Origin: Psammoneis japonica
Lineage: Eukaryota
DNA length: 64,000 nucleotides
Assembly (NCBI GenBank): GCA_008632985.1
Contig: QPGO01000277.1
Coordinates: 1-64,000 of the forward strand
Reading direction: 5' to 3'
Of this stretch, positions 1 to 11,431 are shown piece by piece; the stretch's first letter is position 1; each line of letters opens with the position of its first letter. A program made the position numbers and the translations under genes. Below the pieces are notes generated by a model, which was not told the origin of the DNA, ran no database searches, and saw nothing but the letters and a program-made list of their open reading frames with translations.

Positions 1-352
1 AGGCCTCCCAACTGGACTCTCCACGTCTCGTGCCTCGAGACCGGGCCTCCCAATTGGATCCTCCACGTCTCGTACCTCAAGACTCGGCCTCCAGATTGGA
101 TCCCTCAAGTCTTGCGCCACGAGACTCGGCCTCCTGATTGGATCCCCCAAGTCTCGCACCTCAAGACTTGGCCTCCTGATTGGATCCCCGAAGACTCGTG
201 TCACAAGACTGGCAAGTCCTTTTGGATTCCAGAAGTCTTGCAGCATGAGACTGGTTGCCCCAATCAGACATCTGCAGTCTTGCACCACAAGATGTCTCGC
301 TCCAATCCGATCCCCAAAGGCTTGCACCTTGAGACTCGTTTCTCCAATTGGA
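1..352. repeat. 42-bp degenerate tandem repeat (minisatellite), about 8 units, truncated by the window start
   Basis: Units such as gagaccgggcctcccaattggatcctccacgtctcgtacctc / aagactcggcctccagattggatccctcaagtcttgcgccac / gagactcggcctcctgattggatcccccaagtctcgcacctc; period 42 (14 codons), decaying rightwards. Confidence 0.85.
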
Positions 353-1599
353 TCAGTCTCTCAGGAGATGCAACTGAGCTTGCAATCGGATTGGGGGAAC
401 ACAAGACCACCGCTTGTGCCTTTGAACTCATGCTTGCTCTGTTCCCCGAGTCGTGCAAACGCCATGCCACCCTGCTCAAGCACTGCTCTGTTTTTCTAGC
501 AGCAGCCCAGTGTGGCAACCGTTCCAAGAACCAACAGACGGCTGTCAGTCTTTACGACCTTCGCTCAGGAAGTGAAGGCGATGTCAACTTGCCTGCATTG
601 TCCTGCGATGTTGCCCCACCGTTCAACATTGTCAACCAGACCAAGCTTTGCTCCTTCCATTGCAAGTGCGGATGTGGAATCCCACAAGATCCCAAGTGTG
701 CCTTGAGCTTTGAAAAGCACAACGGCATCTGCAATTGGGGAGATGCAGCTCATCTCAAGATGACCCACTTGGAGAATGCAGCGTTGCTCCAGGATCTTGA
801 TCCTTTTTTGTCTCCTCATGTTTTGGTGCTTTGACTCCAAAGTTCTTCAGTCAATCCAAAGTCGAATCTGTTTCTGTGACTCTTCAAGCAAACTGGGGAG
901 TGACAGGATTTGAACAGGATTTAGGTGCGCACGAAATGTCGCGCGCTGTTTAGTTTGCCGTGCACAGTTTTGTGTGCTTTAGTTCCGCGCGTTCGCGCGC
1001 GATGCAGTTTGCTTTCGAGCCACAAGGCTCACAAGAACAATGACAGTGGCCCGATCATACCGACTTACACGTCTTTCGGCTCCTGCAACGGTCTCTGAGC
1101 GGAGACTCATCTGCCACTTAGACAGCAGCAAGGAGTCATTGTTTGAATTCTTGCCATTTGCCTTCAATTTCTGTCACTCTTCTGCTCGGAAGAATGCATG
1201 TCCTCCTCGATTTTTGTACACCGGAACATGCAAAAGCATCTGCTGCAGCAACAACGGTTGTGAAGTGGAGTGCTTGAGTCATTTTGCTTGTTTGACAAAC
1301 GAAGCTTCAAGGAAGGCGTTGAGTGTTGATTGCTGCATGCCGGTTCCAGCACCACCGATGTGCAATGTGCAGCCAGAGTTCATTGCTCATCGGCCGGACC
1401 ACACCCACCCGGACCCGGGGAACGGACAAGCTGGCAAAAAATGAGGATGATGTCACTCACAGTGCTCGCAGAGCGAGCTGCTCTCCACTGGCTAGAGAGG
1501 GCCCCACTCTCTAGAGCAGAGAGCAGAGCAGAGAGAGAATGGTGGTGGCCACTCTCTGCTCCCTAGAGAGAGAGACTGCAGCTGCTGCAGTCTCCAGTG

Positions 1600-2900
1600 C
1601 GACAGTGCGCGAACATGTTGTGTTGTCTGCCTGCGGGTTGGGGCGTCGTCAACAAAATGTTTCAACTGTCATTTTCAGCGACAAGTTGTTGGCTGTTGAA
1701 CCCATCTTCACTGGGCTCATTCTCTCCCAGAGTCGAGTGGGTGAAAGGTTGCAAGCAGGGCCAAGTGGCTCTGGTGCCCCTGTGCTTTTCTGCCAAGCAC
1801 TCCTGTCAACACCCATGCTGGTCATTTGGCTGGCCAGCTCCTCCATCAGCACCGTTGCACTGTGTCCATTGTGTGACTCCCCTCCCTTGTTGCCAAGGAT
1901 GTCTCTCTTTGTTGGACAGTGCAGTTGTTGATGGGTTGAAGATTGCTGTGTCCATTGCACGTGGTGGCAACAGCTTGTCCTCTGCCAGACATGAGCACAT
2001 TTGGGAGCACAGCAATTGGTCAGAGTTTGTTGTGGGCTTGATGGACTGGGGTGTGTGCGCTCTGCAAGCAAGAGATGTGTGTCTGTGGTCACACTGGCTT
2101 GTGACTTGTTGTCAACAGACAAGACTGTTTGTTGGCATGGCCCAGCCAGCCTGTGCTTCTGTGTTTCTTATGAGCACCCAGTCAATGGAGAATGAACAGG
2201 GCTGTGCAGCCAAATGCTTGCATTACAAACCATGGCAAAGGCCATTTCTCCAGGGGCTTTGAAAATGTTGTGACAAGTTGGGACAATGCCTCCTCCTCTT
2301 CATGGCTTTTTTCCTGCATTTTGGAAGCATGGTTTCATGGGCTGATGAGTTGTCTGTGGAGCTGCCTGCAAGGAGTCTGAGAGAGACAGAGCCTGCATTC
2401 AAAGAACTGCAGAGAGTGTGCAGAGAACATCCAAGCTGTGGAGCATGCATCAGACTGCTCATTTGCATGAATCTAGCATCCTTTGGTGGTGCCAAGAAGG
2501 AAACAAGCCTGCCAAAAAGTGGGAACTTTCTCATCCGGAAATCTTGGTGGGGCCCATGGGATGACACAACCACAGGCCAAAGTTCACAGACATGATGGCA
2601 TTGAGTCTGAGAAATCTGCTGAGCAACAATGAAGCAGAGCTTGTGGCTGTGTGCAACAAGCTTCAAGAACATCAGGTCAAGGATCACAAGCAGAAGAGCA
2701 TCAATTGCACTCCACTGCCAAGGTCAGCAATTGGGTGGCCATGGTGTGGCCCTGTCTGAAAGAAAGTGTCAATGAGGCCAGAAGTGCCAAAATTCTGGCT
2801 GACCCTCATCCCAGTCCCTTCTGCCATGCTGGCTGTCAGTGCACTGGAGAAGTGTGGTGGGTCAGCATTTGCTGGCTTTTGCAGAAAAAAGTGCAGTGGT
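1600..2900. other. Unclassified TpA-depleted, probably repeat-derived sequence
   Basis: Only 3 TA dinucleotides seen in about 1.3 kb and contiguous with the copia relic; no protein motif recognised. Confidence 0.4.
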
Positions 2901-5900
2901 GCCCATGGACTGGACTTTTTTTGTGTCCTTGTTGTCAGCTTTGAATGCAGTCTGATTGTCAGGCCTGGCCCTCACCAGGGAGAGATGCAGCTGCTTGTGG
3001 TGGTGAAACATGCACAAGCTGGCCCACTTTGTTCTTGCTCAACAATGGCATCAAGGCATCAATGGCAAAACAGGCTTTTTTTGGCAGGGTGTGCTGTGAC
3101 ACCCCTGACATTGCCTGGAACCCAATGGCCAATGGTGCACTGAAGAACACAGCCCTTCTTTGTGAATTTGACCCTGCCATCCCCAGAGAAATCAGTGGTC
3201 ATTTGTGCAGCACTTTGCTCCAACATCCAGTGATGGGCACACTGTTTTCTGCCTGCACTTGTTGTTGAGGGCCATGGCAATGTCCAGTGGCACCCACCAT
3301 TTGATGTGAAATGGTTTCATTTCATCAGCAACATGCCACATTGTGGCACAGTGCTTGCCACATTGATGGTCTTGTTGACCATGCACCAATCATGTGGGTT
3401 CCTTGACTTGAGTCCTGGGTCTCACCTGCACAGGAATGAGGGCAGATTCATCCAGAGGAGAAGAGCTCCTTGGAGGATTCCATGTGTGGTCCCTTTTTCA
3501 GCTCCATGAACAACACAGGTTTTCCCTTCTCTCCATTGCCACACACTTGTGGCACTTCCTTGCATCAACCCAGTGGAGCAACTCAGCCATCTCACCCTTC
3601 AGTCTTGTGTGTGTCAACCAGCCCATGATGTCACTGTGCATGAATGCACCTTGCAAGTTGGTGCTCATTGCTTGGCATTGCTCCTGTGGATCAATTGCAG
3701 AAGACAGAAATGAGGTGTGGGATTGCTTCTGTCAGCGCAGAGATGTTTCCTCTTTGCTTTTGTGTGGTCGTTGTTTCTTCCTGTCAGTGCATCTCCTGCC
3801 CTTGATTGCGCTGTCTTGCCTCTGCTTGAGACACATGAAATGCCTTTGTGTGTTTTTCTTTTGCTCCCTTGTTGTGTCTTTGGCAAACACCAGCTGGACA
3901 ACATTGCAGAAGGATGGCTGCTTCATTTGCTTGACCACAGCATCAGCTCTGGCTCTGCCAAGCCAACATCCACTTGGCAAGGAAAAGTGCCCCCCATCGG
4001 GCCTTCAAAGTGTTGGATGATTGGGCGCAGCAGCCAGCCCAGCTCATGATTGCATCTGTGGCTGCAGCCCTTCTCCTTGCAAGCTTGAAGGTTGCACACC
4101 TGGCTCCTCTTTCCACATCAGCACCTGTGGTCTGCCAGTGCCACCATCATTGTCTTCCTCTTTGTCACAGTCACAACCAGAGTTGGGGCCACACTCCACT
4201 TGGAGGGCAGGTGCTTGGTCATCCCAGTTTGCCCCCATGACTTCAATTTTCATTGCTCATGTCTTTGGTCTGTCCCAACTGAGCTTGTCTGGGAATGAGT
4301 TCCAGCACCTGGTCTGAGTCAGTGCTGCCCACATCCGCTCCTGCATTTTCTGCTGGTTTGGTCTGTCACTCCCCACTCTGGCTTCTTGAGCAGCTTCTTC
4401 CACTCCAGTCATTGCACTGGGGCACAGAGTGTTTTCTGTTGAGGGGTCTTCCACTCTTGCTGTTGGCACCTCTCTCCAGCAAGTCTCCCACTCATGTGGT
4501 TGCCTTGGCTGTGGGTGACACATCTGCTCCACCAGCCAATGCATCAGATCTCCATTGGAAGCCATTGTTGGTGGGTGCACTCCTGTGACCCAAGTGTGTC
4601 TGGACAAGGGTTGGGTCTGAAATCAGCATCATCTGAGGGATCAGATGAGCAGCCACCATTGTCAAGGAGGAGTTGTCAGCAGAGTTGTCATTGTTGGGGT
4701 CACAGCTTGTGCTCTCATTGTGCACAGAGTTGGGGTGGTGGGGAAGTCAATGTCCACATCTGTCAGCAAAGGCAAGGGTTCAGCACATGTCTTGGCTGGC
4801 CCTGAGTTTGTCAACATGGTGAACAACATCAGACAGCATGGGCATGGCTGTCCAGTGGTTTTTGCAAATGACATCATGCTTGTTGCCAGTGGTGAGAAAA
4901 ATGAAATGGTGCCCCCCTTGTCCATTTCCTGCAAGTCTGAGGCAGACAGCACTGGTGGTTGTTGGGTGCACAGTGTTGTTGCACTCTTCATGGACCTGAG
5001 CACAGCTGCCAAACTCAAGGGTTGTGCATGTTTTTGACAGTCAATGTGCTGACCAGTGGTGACACAGCTCCCTGGTTGTGCTGCCAGGGTTCAGGAGCAG
5101 TGCATTGAGCCAGGAAGTGGAGCTGCAGACCAAATGAATGAGGATCATTTGCAAGGTTTGCTTGAAGGGAAGGGAGCTGAAGCCACTGTGCCTCCTGTCC
5201 TTGACTGTTCAGATGCGTTGCTCAACATCTGCCATGTGCACTCATCCTGTGAGTGTGCAGGTTGAATGCTGCATTTGGCATGAGGTCCTCAAGGGCCTGG
5301 AATTCTGGGTCAGCATGAATGGTTGCTGTCAGGGTTTGTCAGTGCCAACACCTGAGGACCATGTGACCTTCTTGAGCATGGCAGCTGCAGCACTGCCCCT
5401 GCTGTGTGGTGGCACATGCACTGAGCTTGCTGCTCTTGTTGCCACCACCACATCCTTTGGGCTTGTTGTGCTGCTCAATGTCCTGCACTTTGTCTGGCTC
5501 CTCTGTTGCACTGGTTGACAGCGACCCTTTCAGTTGTGAAGGCTGGCTCAGTTTTGTCACTGTGAGTGCCACCATTGTGGTGCTCAGGTGGCACACAGTT
5601 GAGGGTGCAGCTGCAGCAGGTTCCTCTGCAGACTTTGGGCCATTGTCCAAACCCCTTGAGCACTTGCTTCAATGTCTGCCACAAGGTTCCCACATCAATT
5701 GTGGTTGCTGTTGAGGAGGGGAAAACACCCCCAACAGATTGACTTTGTCCCCTCACAGATCAGTCACAAAATGGGAATCCCGGACTCAGCATGGGTTCCA
5801 TGTTGTTTGCAGGAAACTCCCCCCCCCCCCAGTGGCCAGAGCTGGCATTGGGCAAAAGATTTAAAAGTTCACTTCAGCTGCAGCATGCTGCATCAATCCT

Positions 5901-6047
5901 CTTGCTGTCTCTCCCACCAGCATTTAATTTGCTGTGTTGTGTTGTTTGCTTCATCATTGACTGTGTCAAGTGTGGGTGGTGATGAGGTTTCTGAGCCAGT
6001 GCTGAAGTGCAAGAGAATCAAAAATGTCTTTGAGCTTGACCCTTGGA

Positions 6048-8370
6048 TCAACCCTGATGCAGGCAAGAGTGTCTTCACTGACAATGAGTTGGACAGTGCA
6101 CTCTCCAAAATTGCACACAATGAGTGGTGTGGTGCATTCCCGCACAAGGAGACAAACTGTTTTGGAGATTCAAGAGGTGGGTGCCAAGGAAACTGAAGAT
6201 TGGACAACAACAAGTGGCACGTTGTCCATTTCAATGTCAAAGCAAGTGCAACTGCCATGTGGAGATTGTTCAAAACCATCCAAACAACAACCAAATTTCC
6301 AAAGGATTGGTGCCTCATGCTGACTGCAATGTGTCTTTCTACAAGAGCCAACTGGCAAAACAAGTCTTGCAAGTCTTTGGCTTGCCATGGCATGCTGAGT
6401 TGCATCTGAGTCAATTGCTTCAAAAGGCCTTGGACAGAATTTGAATCTTGACAAGGGTGCACAGAGGAAAGCCCAGAGGATGCTTTCAAAACAAGCCAAG
6501 CAAGTGTTGAGGTTGTGCCCCACCAACAGAGAGAGTGGAGTGGGGTGGGGATGCATTGTGGATGCCCTTGAGAGATGCAAGCATGACTCCATGAGTCCTG
6601 ACGCATTCAACAAGCACACAACATGGGTGCTTTTGTGGTGACAAGCATTTTTGTGACAGCAACGCAGAGCAACTGCGTTGTGCTTTTTCTGCAGAGAATC
6701 TGCTGCTGAAAAGATGTTGTCAACTTGCGCCAGGGCAGAATTTCTTTGCTGTCAACACATTGCACCCACAAAAAGGCTGGTTTAATGCCAATCAAGGTTG
6801 TCAGTTTTAAACGAGATGGCCACATTGTTGCATGTGGTGTTGCATCAAATGAAGATGAGGAAACATGCAAAATCATCTTTCAGAGCATCAAGAAGGCTGT
6901 GAAAGATGTTGTTGGTAGATGTGTTGCTTGTGGGGATCAGCATGCTTGGGATGCAGTGGAGAGAGCAAAGTGACAGTGGAATTTAAATGCTTGTCAACAC
7001 AATGCAACACAGTGCAATGCAGTGAAATGTGGTGCAACATGCTCTGGCCACCACCAGCTGGTTTACACTCAATTTTGCAATGAAATCATGAGTTGATCAT
7101 TTGATCTTTGCAAATTGATTGTAAAGAAAATGTTGTGCAATGCCATGCAATGCAGCACAACACATGCAATGCAACACAGAAACAGCTCATTGACTTGCAT
7201 TCAATTTTGCACTCCAATCACAAATCTTTCATTTGGGCTTCATGAGTCAATCATCAGGGCTCCTCCATGCTTTGCAGTCTTGGGACAACTGAAAAACTCA
7301 ATGTCATTTCTCAGTGCTTTGCCATGGCACATGAATGGCAGTGCTGTGCATGATGCTGGCAATCTTGCATGTGCCAGACATGAACCTGTGTTGATGCCTC
7401 ATTCCAAAAGCTCTTTTGTTGGCATTGCTTGCAGCCCTTTGTGTGTGAGCATTGTGTGAAGCTCTTTTGTTGTGACTCAAGTCATGTCATCTGATGGTTG
7501 GATCAACCTCACAATGTGGAATGTCTTGATTCAATCCACAGCCATTTCACAACTCATGTCACACTCAGTGATGGCTTTTTCAGGGTTCAGGAGCAGCGTC
7601 TTTGTCTTGTGTTGATGCAGCCATCAATTTGTTGCAAGGCCTTTTTTGCATGCATCAATGTCATCTGCATTGATGCCAAGGGCAACAAGGTCATTCTCAT
7701 GAAATGCTGCCCCCAACAATGTGTGGCCCTTGCAGCAGCAGCCATTCCAAGATGCCCATGGCCCTGTGGATTTGCTTCAAGGGTCACACATTGTTGGGGG
7801 CAGCACTGCATGAATGATCTTGTTGTTGACCTTGGTGTTGATGCAGACCAACCCCAATGCAGGCAAGAGTGTCTTCACTGACAATGAGTTGGGCAATGCA
7901 CTCTCCAAAATTGCACACAATGAGTGGTGGTGTGTTCCTGCACAAGGAGACAAAGTGTTTTGGAAGTTCAAGAGGGGTGGGATCCAAGGAAGCTGAAGGG
8001 TGGACAACAACAAGTGGCGTGTTGTCCATTTCAGTGTCAAAGCAAGAGCAACTGCCACATGGAGATTGTTCAAAACCATCCAAACAAGAATCAAATTTTC
8101 AAAGGATTGATGCCTCATGCTGACCACAATGTGTCTTCTTTCTACAATGGCCAACTGGCAAAACAAGTCTTGCAAGTCTTTGGCTTGCCATGGCATGCTC
8201 AGTTGTTGCATCTGAGTCAATTGTTTCAGAAGGGCCTTGGACAGAATCTGAATCTTGACAAAGGTGCACAGAGAAAAGCCCAGAGGATGCTTTCAAAACA
8301 AGCCAAGCAAGTGTTGAGGTTGCACCTCACCAACAGAGAGAGTGGAGTGGGGTGGGGATGCATTGTGGAC
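6048..8370 (+). repeat. Diverged direct duplication of about 510 bp (~6048-6560 and ~7850-8370)
   Basis: Both copies read atgcaggcaagagtgtcttcactgacaatgagttgg ... gagagtggagtggggtggggatgcattgtgga, with matching translations. Confidence 0.9.
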
Positions 8371-8822
8371 AACAGGAAAACTCAATGTCATTTCTCAGTG
8401 CTTTGCCATGTGGCACATGAATGGCAGTGCCGTGCATGATGCTGGCAATCTTGCATGTGCAAGACAAGAGACCTGTGTTGATGCCTCATTTTCCAACAGC
8501 TCTTCTGTTGGCGCATTGCTTGCAGCCCATTGTGTGCAAGCATTGTGTGAAGCTCTTTTGTTGTGACTCAAGTCATGTCATCTGATGAAGGGATCAGCCT
8601 CACAATGTGGAATGTTTTGATCAAATCCACAGCCATTTCACAACTCATGTTGAACCCAGTGATGGCATTTTTGGGGTTCTGGAGCAGTGTCTTGTGTTGG
8701 TGCAGCCGTCAATTTGTTGCAAGATGTTTTTTGCACACATCAAGAATGTCACCTGCATCAATGCCAAGGTCAACAAGATCATTCATGCAGTGCTGCCCCC
8801 AACAATGTGCGACCCTTGCAGT
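7290..8822 (+). repeat. Second diverged direct duplication (~7290-7738 and ~8375-8822), with an inverted partial third copy at ~7738-7846
   Basis: Shared aaaactcaatgtcatttctcagtgctttgccatg...gtgactcaagtcatgtcatctgatg...tgctgcccccaacaatgtg; 7738-7846 is the reverse complement of ~8750-8860. Confidence 0.85.
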
Positions 8823-9879
8823 GCATCCACAGGGCCACGGGCATCTTGGAATGGCTGCTGAAAAGAAAAAAGCGGCCCTCTTGTCAAATTGATGTGGAGT
8901 GAAATTTCATTGGTGGTTTTGCCAGCTGAAGCAGTTGAAAAAAAACCCAGAAAACAGAGTCCTAAAATGAGGAGTTGGTGCCTGTTGAGGAGGGGCACAC
9001 CCGAGCACTTGTTCTGGATGGTGGTCTCTGCCTTGGCCTGTTCTTTTGCCAATGGGGCATCAGCACCCACATCTGACTCTTGCAGAAAGGCACTGACCTG
9101 CTTGGGGTGCATGCCAATCTGGCCTGTCATGCACTCCATGATGCCCATGAGTTCTCTTGCATTGTCACAGCAATCCGCACTGGACATGTGGAGGGTTTGA
9201 TGGAAGGTGAGTGGCGCATGTTCAGTGTCAATGATCATGTGCATGGGGGGAGGGACTTCTCCTGGTCTGCTTCTGCATCATGCAGTTTTGGATCAGCTCA
9301 AGTCAGCCAATGATGCTGGCATTGCCGTTGACATCTCTCCAGTCGCTCCTTGTGTGCTTCCATCCAGTTTCTGAGAGGTCAGGTGCTGGACAAGTGTTGG
9401 GGTGAAGACTCCACCCAAAACTTGTGATGTGATTGGCCTTGCTGGACGTAGGAACTAGTGCTGTTGATCTCCAAGAGCATCGAAAAATGACCCTCTTTGG
9501 ATGGTTTAGCTGCTAAATATTTGCTCATTCATGACAAAGATGCAATTTGTGTTCAACGATGTGTCTTGTAGACATTATTTTGAAACGAAGCATTGCTATC
9601 AAAACTACGAAGAGCCGTCTGTCTAGAGCACGGAAGAGCTCGTTGGTTTGAGCCGACAGATTCTTTGCTTCCCTCGTCTCCTGAAACGCACTGCAATGAA
9701 TTCTCCGAGACACCCAGTATCGCATGAAAGAGACTAGAGGGTTCCTTTCCATCGTGGTTCTCGTGCGAGCGCCAAGACGATTGATCGTTCACAGTTTCAC
9801 ACAAGACGTTGCAGGTGTCATGATTATCAGTGTGCATGAATGGACGAATATGGTGTTCATCACGATGAAAACATCTGAA

Positions 9880-11196
9880 TCACTCCAGTTCAGGGATGTC
9901 CAAATCAATGCTTCCTTCTCGCATGTCGGCGTTGAGGTACATGACAGCCTCGGAAACCGCAGATCGGCCATGAATCATTTGTTCGCACTTGGCCATGGCC
10001 AAAATATCAATCAATACTTCCTTGTTGGTTCTATGGTGTGATGCTAAATCGAAGGTTGGAGTCTCGTCCTTGGATCGAAGGGCAGTCCCCTGCGTTCTTA
10101 CTTGCTTCATGACTTCCTCCGGCCACTTCTTCTTCATTGTCTTTAGGGTGGATTCGGAGTCCGTTGCGAGATAAATAATGTTACCATTGGAGGCAGTGTA
10201 GACACCCTTTCTTCGTCTAATGCCAAGATACTTTAACGCATAAGGCAGGTAGTCACGCAGTTCGATCTCAGACCTCCCGCCGCTGAGCTCCTTGTCCGTT
10301 GTTCTGACATGCATTGCAAGGCATTGCTGTCCATCGCGCAATGGGTTGGCTTGTTCAACAGCCTCTAAAACCCAAGGTTTGGGATGAAAGTATCGTCGAA
10401 CAACGGTGGCAGCACGCCGTCTCATGGGTCGATACCACTGTTCGAGTGACATGGAATTCCGCTCCTCTTCTGAAATTTCTTTGTAGGGCCATGCCATGAC
10501 ACCCCAATCAATCTGAGAGTGCAAACCTGTAGCAACCTGCTCGATATCAAGCTCATAAAGAGGCTTGCTCTTGTCTTTACAAATCATGTTTCGTGCCGGT
10601 GAAAAGGCCGACACTGGTTCAAAGTAGGATTCCCATACCCCGTTCCCCTCCACAACCTCCTCCTCTAGCATTGCTCTCCGGACTTGTCTGCTTTTAAACA
10701 AGGGCGCAGGTTCGGGATCAAGCGGTACATAATCTTCTCCACTTGGAATTTCTCCCTTTAACGTTTCAAAGGTACGTGTCGGTCCAGTGCCATGAACGTC
10801 AGGGTCGTAGATGCGATGAGACGTGTCATCCAAGTGTATCCACGGCAGGAGGTTGTGTTTTTCTGCATAAAGCAAATGGTTGACCATGTAGATGAAAAAG
10901 ACTGTACCAAATGCAGCTCCCTCATCTCCCGATCGAATACGAAGGACTCCATCGTATCCACGGCAAATATCATCCTCTTTGTTGTCGTACGGCTGCGATG
11001 TTGATTTGTTCTGCGTTCGTCGTGAATTAACGGTAGTGTCAACAACAAACGTGTCTTGTCGTTGTTGTACGGAACGAATGGAGCGCTCCGCCTCCAATAA
11101 AAGTAAACAAGCAATGAGTAGAATCGCTGCAAAGGTCAATTGAAGACGTCTCGAGTGCTGACGTTTCATGTTAGACGGATCGTTGTGGGCGGTCAT
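9880..11196 (-). CDS. Type II membrane glycosyltransferase, fucosyltransferase-like (GT23/NodZ-like motifs)
   Basis: N-terminal TM segment (FAAILLIACLLLL); motifs AMHVRTTDK, IYLATDS and LIDILAMAKCEQMIHGRSAVS; intronless ORF; start codon uncertain. Confidence 0.75.
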   Translation of the reverse strand: MTAHNDPSNMKRQHSRRLQLTFAAILLIACLLLLEAERSIRSVQQRQDTFVVDTTVNSRRTQNKSTSQPYDNKEDDICRGYDGVLRIRSGDEGAAFGTVFFIYMVNHLLYAEKHNLLPWIHLDDTSHRIYDPDVHGTGPTRTFETLKGEIPSGEDYVPLDPEPAPLFKSRQVRRAMLEEEVVEGNGVWESYFEPVSAFSPARNMICKDKSKPLYELDIEQVATGLHSQIDWGVMAWPYKEISEEERNSMSLEQWYRPMRRRAATVVRRYFHPKPWVLEAVEQANPLRDGQQCLAMHVRTTDKELSGGRSEIELRDYLPYALKYLGIRRRKGVYTASNGNIIYLATDSESTLKTMKKKWPEEVMKQVRTQGTALRSKDETPTFDLASHHRTNKEVLIDILAMAKCEQMIHGRSAVSEAVMYLNADMREGSIDLDIPELE

Positions 11197-11431
11197 CGCG
11201 ACGAGCAAACCGAAGGGAGGGCACTGAATGAATTTGGTGCTTGACGCAATTTTTGGAATTTCATGATATCTTCATTCGTATATACCTCATATTTGTATGT
11301 ATTGTTCAAGCATGGATGTTAATTATTTTTATACTGTCTTCTTTTTCTCGCGTCGTACGTACGTCGTGCAACGTGCAAAAAAAAATTTTCTTCGATGCAC
11401 ATAGCATTGCGCAGAGCACGACACCATCACC

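Larger units (their letters stand above)
5722..8981 (+). mobile_element. Degenerate Mutator-like (MULE) DNA transposon nested in the copia gag, internally rearranged
   Basis: ORF 6725-6973 resembles the MULE transposase core (AGLMPIKVVSFKRDGHIVACGVASNEDEETCKIIFQSIKKAV). The segment is flanked by the direct repeat ctgttgaggagggg (5708-5721 and 8982-8995); removing it restores an in-frame gag. Confidence 0.7.
2930..9445 (-). mobile_element. Degenerate Ty1/copia LTR retrotransposon of the diatom CoDi type (gag - integrase - RT), internally deleted and interrupted by a MULE
   Basis: Minus-strand motifs in copia order. gag: LELIQNCMMQKQTRR...MSSADCCDNARELMG (~9310-9000), LLNSNHN*CGNLVADIE (~5720-5660), knuckle CCSCHAQEGHMVLRC (~5400-5350). 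Integrase: IHADPEF, LEFGSCAQVHEE, GNGQGGHHF (~5320-4800). RT: TREQKKN..FMCLKQ..IKGRRCTDRKKQR, GAFMHSD, MWHVADE, RARPD (~3900-2950). LTRs not identified. Confidence 0.85.

Noticed and set aside
1..352. CRISPR array
   Set aside because: Units are contiguous and similar along their whole length, with no unique spacers and no cas genes, in a eukaryotic context.
112..9313. Many overlapping Cys/His-rich ORFs in all six frames as novel genes
   Set aside because: Loss of TA removes TAA/TAG stops and Tyr, which inflates spurious ORFs; the recognisable motifs belong to transposon relics.
1600..9445. Contaminant or chimeric DNA from another organism
   Set aside because: The elements are typical diatom TE types, and the same signature recurs in three separate domains interleaved with host genes.
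2475..9445. Ordinary CpG deamination or classical RIP as the sole cause
   Set aside because: CpG decay does not remove TA and RIP creates it; the Harbinger block keeps CpG while lacking TA.
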